NCBI GenBank assembly: GCA_963734885.1
Contig: CAVTIJ010000004.1
Coordinates: 549,957-613,956, forward strand
Reading direction: 5' to 3'
Length of the DNA stretch: 64,000 nucleotides
Origin: an uncultured Bacteroidales bacterium
GTDB taxonomy: Bacteria > Bacteroidota > Bacteroidia > Bacteroidales > VadinHA17
Shown: positions 7,502 to 15,274 of the stretch, piece after piece
Layout: each line of letters begins with the position of its first letter
Position numbering within the stretch: the stretch's first letter is position 1
Program-made: the position numbers and the translations under genes
Notes under the pieces: generated by a model
Seen by the model: the letters and a program-made list of their open reading frames with translations, nothing else
Databases searched by the model: none
Told to the model about the DNA's origin: nothing

Positions 7502-9405
7502 TGAATATGCAATTTGATCCATTTATAATTCCATTTAACATCGGATTGTATTTTATACTCATCTACATAGTTATAAGATGCGTGATCTGGTTTATCGATT
7601 TGTCGAAACCTGATAAGCTAAGGCTTCAACGTGGTTTCTTTGGCCTTGCTTTTACACAGAGCCTTAAAGAGATCTTTATGGAAAGCCTGATCCACAGGAA
7701 AATCCTTAAGACAAATCTCAGACTAGGTTATATGCATATGAGTCTGGCATTTGGCTGGTTCCTGCTTATATTTTTTGGTACAATCGAGGCGGATATTTTC
7801 GGGGCAAAACATCTTAATGCTCCATATAAAGCAATCTTTTTTAAGTTTTTTAATCCTGAACATGGACATAAAGCCTTCGAAGCTGCCTATGGATTTTTAA
7901 TGGATCTGATATTAGCGTTTATTTTGTCAGGATTATTGCTTGCTATAACGAAAAGGATCTATTCGAAAATTGTAGGGATGAAGAAGACAACCCGGTTAAA
8001 ACTTATTGATAAAATCGCTCTGACTTCTTTATGGCTTATTTTCCCGAGCCGCCTTCTTGCAGAAAGCTTTACCAGCGGTGCTTATGGAACAGGAAGTTTT
8101 CTCACCGGGACTCTTGGAGCCTGGCTTGCCACTTTCCTGCCGGCCAAGGAAATGGCGTACCCTTTCTGGTGGCTCTATTCAATTGCCCTGGGTACATTTT
8201 TCGTCCTGCTTCCTATTTCACGATATATGCACATTCCGACTGAGTTATTTCTGATTTTTATGAGAAATTCAGGAATCAAAACAGGTGACAAAGCCGGTAC
8301 ATACACTGAGGTTCAAACCTACTCCTGTTCATCATGCGGAATATGTATTGATACATGTCAGCTTAATTATTCTGCAGGTATTAATAATATTCAGTCGGCT
8401 TATCTTATGAAAGGGATCCGAAACAATGATGACATTTCGGAAATTGCTGATAACTGCCTGATGTGTGGCCGATGCGATCTCAAATGTCCCGTTGGTATCG
8501 AGCTCTTACCCATTAGGATGATCCAGAGACGGGGAAGTGAGGCCGGAACTGACATAAAGAATATTTTTAAAGGCTATTTAAGAACAAGACAAAATATAGT
8601 TACTGAAAATGTGCCGGTTTCTTCGAACTATAAATTTCTTAAAGAACAGGAGCCGGAGAAAACTGATGTCCTGTATTTTGCAGGATGCATGACTCATCTC
8701 ACCCCATCAATCAAAAATTCGATGGTGAAAATCCTTGATGCTTCCGGAGTGAAATTCAGATTCATGGATGAAGATGGTGGCGTATGTTGTGGTCGTCCAC
8801 TGATGCTTGCAGGTCAGGACAGGGAGGCCAGGGAACTCATCAATTATAATTCACAGATGATATGGAAATCAGGAGCACATACACTCGTCACATCCTGCCC
8901 GATCTGTTATAAAGTATTTAAAGAAAGTTATTACCTCGATGTGGAAGTTTTACATCACACTCAATTCATACGAAGACTAATTTCTGATGGCAGCGTAAAG
9001 ATGAATTTCCTGAGGAAAAAAGTTGTTTATCATTCTCCATGCGAATTAGGAAGAGGATCTGGTATTTATAATGAACCACGTGAGATTCTCAAACATGTTT
9101 CACGACTTGAAAAAACACCTTACGAAGATTCTGAATCTTTATGTTGCGGAGGAAGCCTTGCCAATATGAAGATCAGTTCAGCTGAGCGACGCAAGGTTTC
9201 TGTCGATGCTGCGAATAAACTCACAATAAGTCATCCGGATATACTTGCAACAGCATGTCCATTATGTAAAAAAACCTTTTCAGCTGCAACACAAACGAAA
9301 GTTGCAGATATTTCTGAAATTGTCGCAGAAGCCTTAAATATTGGTCACGAAAAAAAAGTGAAAGACAGCCGTGCTATTATTCTGAAAGAAATAGCAAATA
9401 TCTGA
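7501..9405 (+). CDS. membrane-anchored Fe-S/CCG protein (NarI/DsrM-like N-domain fused to HdrD/DsrK-like domain)
   Basis: The ATG at 7501 overlaps the upstream stop (TGATG). The N-terminal 270 aa or so carries 5-6 hydrophobic helices with His residues (GYMHMSLAFGW, SRYMHIP). These are followed by CSSCGICIDTC, CLMCGRCDLKCPVG and two CCG domains (VCCGRPL, TSCPICY, HSPCELG, LCCGGSL, TACPLCKK). Confidence 0.75.
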   Translation: MNMQFDPFIIPFNIGLYFILIYIVIRCVIWFIDLSKPDKLRLQRGFFGLAFTQSLKEIFMESLIHRKILKTNLRLGYMHMSLAFGWFLLIFFGTIEADIFGAKHLNAPYKAIFFKFFNPEHGHKAFEAAYGFLMDLILAFILSGLLLAITKRIYSKIVGMKKTTRLKLIDKIALTSLWLIFPSRLLAESFTSGAYGTGSFLTGTLGAWLATFLPAKEMAYPFWWLYSIALGTFFVLLPISRYMHIPTELFLIFMRNSGIKTGDKAGTYTEVQTYSCSSCGICIDTCQLNYSAGINNIQSAYLMKGIRNNDDISEIADNCLMCGRCDLKCPVGIELLPIRMIQRRGSEAGTDIKNIFKGYLRTRQNIVTENVPVSSNYKFLKEQEPEKTDVLYFAGCMTHLTPSIKNSMVKILDASGVKFRFMDEDGGVCCGRPLMLAGQDREARELINYNSQMIWKSGAHTLVTSCPICYKVFKESYYLDVEVLHHTQFIRRLISDGSVKMNFLRKKVVYHSPCELGRGSGIYNEPREILKHVSRLEKTPYEDSESLCCGGSLANMKISSAERRKVSVDAANKLTISHPDILATACPLCKKTFSAATQTKVADISEIVAEALNIGHEKKVKDSRAIILKEIANI

Positions 9406-9613
9406 AAGCTTTATAAATTAAGTATTTGAGTCTACATTCTTATAGTGCAGACAATTCATTCATTCTACCTGCTATAGAAAACATGACATTTAGTTTTTTT
9501 AATAACTGAAAACCCATGGATATTTATTATTTTGTCCTTTCAAACATTTCATATACTGAAATTGTTTTCCGAGCGTTATAGACATTATTATTAAACAATC
9601 AAAATATGGGAAC

Positions 9614-10162
9614 ATGGGCAGGAAATTAATTGTGCTGATGATATTGACGGGAATTTTTTATTTCAATGCATGTAAGAATTCAAATGAACATAAAGAAGCT
9701 AAAAATCAGGTAGTTCAAAACAAAATACGTCAACAGGAAGACGGAACAATTTCGTTTAAAGTTGATAAAGCAGATTGTTACCAGGACAAAGATAATCCGG
9801 CAACAAATACGGCCGAATGGAATGTTGTAGTTTCAAAATCGGGACGATTCAATGTCTGGCTGACGAGTTCTACAAAAGATACTACTGATCTCAAATATGA
9901 TCATTCTGTTATGTTGAGCATTCTGGATAACAGGATTGAAGCCCATCCGTCGATCAATAAAATTATACATAATTCAACTGAGGTTAGCTACCCTTACTTC
10001 AGAGCTGATTCATTTATAGGTGAGATGTATATCCAGGATACCGGCCTCTATAATGTTCAGATAATAAGCGAGAAGATCATCCCGAAAGATCCAAAAAAAT
10101 CTGATCTTAAGAATGATGATACTTCAAAACTTTTGTCTGTATTTTTGACTCCGGCTCAATAA
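9614..10162 (+). CDS. lipoprotein, possibly a beta-sandwich/CBM-like fold, function unknown
   Basis: Lipobox-like signal MGRKLIVLMILTGIFYFNAC. The segment AEWNVVVSKSGRFNVWL resembles carbohydrate-binding-module strands; this similarity is weak. Confidence 0.5.
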   Translation: MGRKLIVLMILTGIFYFNACKNSNEHKEAKNQVVQNKIRQQEDGTISFKVDKADCYQDKDNPATNTAEWNVVVSKSGRFNVWLTSSTKDTTDLKYDHSVMLSILDNRIEAHPSINKIIHNSTEVSYPYFRADSFIGEMYIQDTGLYNVQIISEKIIPKDPKKSDLKNDDTSKLLSVFLTPAQ

Positions 10163-10166
10163 GAAT

Positions 10167-10196
10167 GCTCAGAGCACAGTGGCTCAGAGCACAGTG
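10167..10196. repeat. perfect 2 x 15-nt tandem repeat GCTCAGAGCACAGTG
   Basis: Copies at 10167-10181 and 10182-10196, located between convergent genes. Confidence 0.8.
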
Positions 10197-10234
10197 TAAA
10201 GTCCAACGCTTTGAGTCTAAATAAATTGCATGTG

Positions 10235-11152
10235 TTAATGGTTCTGACCTTTTATCCACTCCCTCGCATTTACGAATGCCTTTATCCATGGCGTTACTTC
10301 ATCATTTCTTCTGTCTTCAGGATAGTATCCGCATTGCCATGGAAAATATGCCCTTTCCAGATGTGGCATCATTACCAGATGACGGCCATCTTCTGAACAT
10401 AATCCGGCAACATCATAGTCTGATCCGTTTGGATTAGCAGGGTAGGTATGTTTACTGAATTTTAAAGGTATCTGGTACTTGTCTTCCGTATATGGGAAAC
10501 TAAATTGACCTTCACCATGGGCAACCCAAATCCCTAATTCCATGTTCGACATATTCCCCAGCATCACTGAATTATTCTTTGCGATTTTTAAACCAATAAA
10601 ACCTGACTCAAACTTATGTGATTTGTTTACTAGCAGTTTTGGTTTCTCTTTATGTGACGGATATAAAAGTCCGAGTTCAACCATCAACTGGCATCCATTG
10701 CATACGCCAAGAGAAAGTGTATCAGTTCTTTTATAATAATTTTCCAGGGCTATCCTTGCTTTTTCATTGTATCTGAAAGCTCCTGCCCATCCTTTGGCGG
10801 AACCCAGGACATCAGAATTTGAAAAGCCACCTACAAAGACTATCATATTGATTTCTTCAAGTGTCTCCCGTCCTGATATCAGGTCAGTCATATGAACATC
10901 TTTTACATCGAATCCGGCCAGATAAAGTGCATAAGCCATTTCACGATCTCCATTCACCCCTTTTTCTCTTATAATGGCCGCCCTTATGCCTGATTTTGTT
11001 CTTCTGGCAAGATCAATTCCTAAAGATTTAAAAGTCCCCGGGAAATTTGCAAGGTCGATCTTCAGCTCATGATTCTTATAATTCTCAAAACGTTCTAAAG
11101 CAAGTTCGGGTCCGCACTGCGCCTGTCGAGAATATATGAAGAATGGAACCAT
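10235..11152 (-). CDS. purL: phosphoribosylformylglycinamidine synthase, C-terminal glutamine-amidotransferase fragment (frameshifted from upstream ORF)
   Basis: Class-I GATase motifs GVCNGCQ and HGEG. The frame continues the upstream purL ORF after a 1-nt frame change. Confidence 0.85.
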   Translation of the reverse strand: MVPFFIYSRQAQCGPELALERFENYKNHELKIDLANFPGTFKSLGIDLARRTKSGIRAAIIREKGVNGDREMAYALYLAGFDVKDVHMTDLISGRETLEEINMIVFVGGFSNSDVLGSAKGWAGAFRYNEKARIALENYYKRTDTLSLGVCNGCQLMVELGLLYPSHKEKPKLLVNKSHKFESGFIGLKIAKNNSVMLGNMSNMELGIWVAHGEGQFSFPYTEDKYQIPLKFSKHTYPANPNGSDYDVAGLCSEDGRHLVMMPHLERAYFPWQCGYYPEDRRNDEVTPWIKAFVNAREWIKGQNH

Positions 11153-13923
11153 GTATCCCGGAGTTTATCAATATCGAAAGTAACCCGGGCATCATTGTTT
11201 GTCACATATAGCGATCTTTCATCCACAGGATGCCCTATAGATTTATATGAAATTCCATTCTCAAGAAGAATTTCAGCAATTTCATCTTCATCTTTCACCT
11301 GAATAATAATACCCGGATTCTGGCTGAAAAGGATCTTTACAGTGTCGTTATCATCAAATGATGTGAGGTTGATGGTTATACCACCATGTGTATTTGAAAA
11401 GCACATTTCAAGTAAGGTAGTTACCATTCCTCCTGCAGAGATGTCGTGTCCGGAAAGGATCTTTCCATTTTTAATGAGCTCCTGGATAGTATCAAATACC
11501 TCTTTAAAATAGGCCGGATCAGTTACTGTAGGAACTTCATCACCAAGTCTGTTAAGGATCTGTGCGAAACTGCTTCCCCCGGGCTTCAGACTGTCCCGGC
11601 TCATATCAATATATAAAAGGCTTGTATCGGAGTCGTTCACAATTACCGGTTCAACAATTTTCCGGATGTTATCGATCTCAGCAGCCGCTGAAATAATTAC
11701 AGTTCCGGGTGCACGCACAACCTGATCTTTGTATTTCTGAGTCATGGAAAGGCTGTCCTTACCTGTCGGGATGTTAATTCCTAAAGCAATTGCAAAGTCA
11801 CTCGCCGCTTTCACCGCTGCATATAGCCTGGCGTCTTCACCTGGGTTTTTGCACGGCCACATCCAGTTAGCTGAAAGAGATACACTTTTTAAGTTATTTG
11901 TCAACGGAGCCCAGATAATGTTTGTCAGAGCTTCGGCTATAGAAAGAACAGAACCTGCTTCCGGATCGACCAAACCAGCTGCTGGTGCATGACCGATTGA
12001 AGTAGCCATTCCTTTAACACCTTTATAGTCAAGGGTAATTGCTCCAAGATTATTCAATGGAAGCTGAAGGGGTCCGGCGCACTGTTGTTTTGCGAGACGG
12101 CCGGTCACAGACCTGTCGACTTTATTTGTCAGCCAGTCTTTGCATGCAACCTCTTCGAGCTGAAGCACCTGTTCAGCATACTGTTGAATTTTGTCAGCAG
12201 AATATTTAAGTTTCCTGTAACCGTTTTTAACAATTACATCATTCATAATTGTTTTAGGAGGGTCGCCAAAAAGCGATGTAAGGGCAAGATCTATCGGTTT
12301 CTCATTTGTTAAAGGATTTACCAGGGTGAACTGCATATCACCGGTTACCTCTCCAATAATATAAAATGGAGCTCGTTCCCTTTCAGCAATATGCCGTAAT
12401 GATTCTGCGTCATGCTTCTTAATGACAAGACCCATGCGCTCCTGCGACTCATTGCCAATTATTTCCTTTGCAGATAGGGTAGGATCACCAATCGGGAGTT
12501 TGCTGATATCAATTCTGCCCCCTGTGGCTTCTACAAGTTCGGAGAGGCAATTAAGATGACCGCCTGCACCATGATCATGAATAGAGATTATCGGATTATT
12601 GACCGACTCGCTCAAGGCTCGTATGGCATTATATACTCTTTTCTGCATTTCCGGGTTTGCTCTCTGTACGGCATTTAATTCTATTGCAGTATCGAACTTT
12701 CCGGTATCAACAGATGATACGGCGCCTCCACCCATACCGATCCTGTAATTATCTCCACCGAGCAGAACAATGAGATCACCCTTTTCCGGAATGCTCTTCT
12801 CACTATCCTTCTTTTTGCCTAATCCGATGCCGCCTGCCAGCATAATAACCTTATCATATCCAAACTTTATTGAATCCTCAATATGCTCGAAAGTAAATAC
12901 AGAGCCACAGATGAGAGGCTGTCCGAATTTATTCCCGAAATCGCTCGCGCCGTTTGATGCTTTTATTAAAATATCTCCAGGAGTCTGGTAAAGCCAGGGT
13001 CGGGCAGGCATAGATTTTTCCCATGGACGGTCACCTTCAGGACGAGGATATGAAGTCATGTAAACAGCAGTCCCGGCAATTGGGAATGCGCCTTTCCCTC
13101 CGGCAATACGGTCTCTGATCTCACCTCCGGTTCCTGTGGATGCTCCGTTAAACGGTTCGACAGTTGTCGGGAAATTATGAGTTTCCGCTTTAATGGAAAG
13201 AACGGACTCATAGTCTGTGATATTAAAAAAATCGGGCTTATCCTGGGTCTCCGGAGCAAATTGTTCAACAACAGGCCCCTGTACAAATGCACAGTTATCT
13301 TTATATGCAGAAACAACATCATTTACATTTGTCTTCGTCGTCGATTTTATCATTTGAAAAAGAGTCTCCTCTTTCTCTTCTCCCGAGAGAATGAATGTCC
13401 CGTTAAATATCTTATGACGGCAGTGTTCTGAATTAACTTGTGAAAATCCAAATACCTCACTGTCAGTTAATTTGCGTCCAATAGTGATGCTTAATTTTTC
13501 GAGGTATTCAACTTCCTCCTTATTTAGGGCAAGTCCCTCACTCTTATTGTATTGACCAATATTATCAATGTATTTTACAGGATCAGCTACTCTGTCAATT
13601 GTAAAAATAGTCTGATCTAATCCATTATACAGGTGCTGAAGCATCGGATCGTAAACAGTTTTTTCGCCTTTGGAAACATGAAATTCTTCGATCCTTTTAA
13701 TACCTGTAATCCCCATATTTTGTGTTATCTCCACTGCATTTGTGCTCCAGGGGGTGATCATCTCTTTTCTTGGCCCGATAAAAGTTCCTTTTCTCAGTTC
13801 TGCAGGCAAGAGGGTTGCTTCTCCAAATAGCCATGATAATTTTTCAATGTCTTTATCAGGAAGTTTTTCTGAAGTACCTGTTGCAATAATATTTTTAGAA
13901 ATGCATTCAAAAAAGAGGATCAT
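11095..13923 (-). CDS. purL: phosphoribosylformylglycinamidine synthase (single-chain PurL), N-terminal and synthetase domains; ORF ends prematurely at a frameshift
   Basis: A 942-aa ORF with typical large-PurL segments (SEHCRHKIFN, ETHNFPTTVEPFNGASTGTGGEIRD, HDHGAGGHLN, HDISAGG). Confidence 0.9.
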   Translation of the reverse strand: MILFFECISKNIIATGTSEKLPDKDIEKLSWLFGEATLLPAELRKGTFIGPRKEMITPWSTNAVEITQNMGITGIKRIEEFHVSKGEKTVYDPMLQHLYNGLDQTIFTIDRVADPVKYIDNIGQYNKSEGLALNKEEVEYLEKLSITIGRKLTDSEVFGFSQVNSEHCRHKIFNGTFILSGEEKEETLFQMIKSTTKTNVNDVVSAYKDNCAFVQGPVVEQFAPETQDKPDFFNITDYESVLSIKAETHNFPTTVEPFNGASTGTGGEIRDRIAGGKGAFPIAGTAVYMTSYPRPEGDRPWEKSMPARPWLYQTPGDILIKASNGASDFGNKFGQPLICGSVFTFEHIEDSIKFGYDKVIMLAGGIGLGKKKDSEKSIPEKGDLIVLLGGDNYRIGMGGGAVSSVDTGKFDTAIELNAVQRANPEMQKRVYNAIRALSESVNNPIISIHDHGAGGHLNCLSELVEATGGRIDISKLPIGDPTLSAKEIIGNESQERMGLVIKKHDAESLRHIAERERAPFYIIGEVTGDMQFTLVNPLTNEKPIDLALTSLFGDPPKTIMNDVIVKNGYRKLKYSADKIQQYAEQVLQLEEVACKDWLTNKVDRSVTGRLAKQQCAGPLQLPLNNLGAITLDYKGVKGMATSIGHAPAAGLVDPEAGSVLSIAEALTNIIWAPLTNNLKSVSLSANWMWPCKNPGEDARLYAAVKAASDFAIALGINIPTGKDSLSMTQKYKDQVVRAPGTVIISAAAEIDNIRKIVEPVIVNDSDTSLLYIDMSRDSLKPGGSSFAQILNRLGDEVPTVTDPAYFKEVFDTIQELIKNGKILSGHDISAGGMVTTLLEMCFSNTHGGITINLTSFDDNDTVKILFSQNPGIIIQVKDEDEIAEILLENGISYKSIGHPVDERSLYVTNNDARVTFDIDKLRDTWFHSSYILDRRSADPNLL

Positions 13924-14026
13924 AAGTTGAATGTTAATATATTGATAAATAATGAATTATCTCTGAAAGCCTCATGCGAAATCAGGCACAAAGATAGCAT
14001 TAATCTCCCAAATTGCCAATGAGGGA

Positions 14027-14147
14027 CTAAAGTGAGTGGAGTGAGATAGATTGAGATAGAGTGACTAAGAGAAAAAAGTGTGTTTTTGCCCTGCGCCCTG
14101 AGCCCTGCGCCCTTTTAACTTGTTTTAACTTTTAACCTTTGAACCTT
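14027..14147. repeat. three adjacent word-stutter blocks in the divergent purL / RND promoter region
   Basis: The blocks are gtgagtggagtgagatagattgagatagagtgac, then gccctgcgccctgagccctgcgccc (14088-14112), then ttttaacttgttttaacttttaacctttgaacctt. Confidence 0.65.
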
Positions 14148-14212
14148 GTATTCCGTTTTTTGTTTATTGAACAAAATGATACAAAAGCCCTCATATAATC
14201 CGATTATATATC

Positions 14213-15274
14213 ATGAATCGTAACAACATTATTATTCTTATGCTTGCTATTCTGGTTTTGTCATCATGCAGGCATAAAACAGCAAAGATTAGAGAGAAGA
14301 CGGCCGTTCTTGTAGATGTTATTGTAGCTAAGAATGTGCATTTCAATTCAAATGTGGAAGTAAATGGAGAAGTACTGTCCGAGGAGATGATAGATCTGCA
14401 TCCGGAAATAAACGGACGACTCACTTATTTACATATTCCTGATGGTGCATTTATAAAGGCAGGCACTGTACTTGCAAAAATAAATGATGCTGATCTTGTT
14501 GCACAGCTGGAACAGCAAAAAGTCCAGTATGATCTTGCTACCAAGACCGAACAGCGTTTAAGAGAGTTGCTAAAGGTGAATGGTATTAACCAGGCAGATT
14601 ATGATGCAGCCCTTAGCCAGGTGAATACTGTCGGCGCAAATATTAAAGTACTTAATGCTCAGATCGACAAAACAATAGTGAGAGCTCCTTTTAGTGGTAA
14701 ATTAGGATTAAGAGTTGTAAGCCCCGGGGCTTATGTAACACCACAGACACTGCTTGGTACTCTCGAGAAATCGGACAGCATTAAAATAGATTTTACTGTA
14801 CCTGAATATTATGCCAGTCTGGTTAAAACCGGCGATACTATATCAATACAAACAAATGAGACGAATAAATACCAGAAAGCTGTAATAAGTGCAATTCAGC
14901 CTCAGATTAATACCACGACCAGAAACATTATGGCCAGAGCAAGAGTGAAAAGTGGCAATATAAGTCCCGGAACATTTGTAAAAGTGTTGCTTACCAGGGG
15001 AGAAAATGGGATTCTGGTGCCTTCAAATGCTATTATACCTGAAGCTAGATCAAACCAGGTTGTCGTTATAAAACATAACAGAGGCATTTTTAGAAATGTA
15101 GAAACAGGTGTCAGGAATGCTGACCAGGTGGAACTGGCAAAAGGTGTTAACCCGGGAGATAGCATTGTGGTAAGCGGTGTGCTTTTTGTTCGGCCGAATG
15201 CGGTTGTGAAAATAAGAAGTGTAAAGGAACAGAACCTGGCAATTGATGCGGATTCTAATCAGGTTGTACAATGA
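14213..15274 (+). CDS. efflux RND transporter periplasmic adaptor (MFP/HlyD family)
   Basis: Lipoprotein signal (LVLSSC), a coiled-coil hairpin region and a beta-barrel C-terminus. It has an ATGA overlap with the downstream pump gene. Confidence 0.9.
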   Translation: MNRNNIIILMLAILVLSSCRHKTAKIREKTAVLVDVIVAKNVHFNSNVEVNGEVLSEEMIDLHPEINGRLTYLHIPDGAFIKAGTVLAKINDADLVAQLEQQKVQYDLATKTEQRLRELLKVNGINQADYDAALSQVNTVGANIKVLNAQIDKTIVRAPFSGKLGLRVVSPGAYVTPQTLLGTLEKSDSIKIDFTVPEYYASLVKTGDTISIQTNETNKYQKAVISAIQPQINTTTRNIMARARVKSGNISPGTFVKVLLTRGENGILVPSNAIIPEARSNQVVVIKHNRGIFRNVETGVRNADQVELAKGVNPGDSIVVSGVLFVRPNAVVKIRSVKEQNLAIDADSNQVVQ

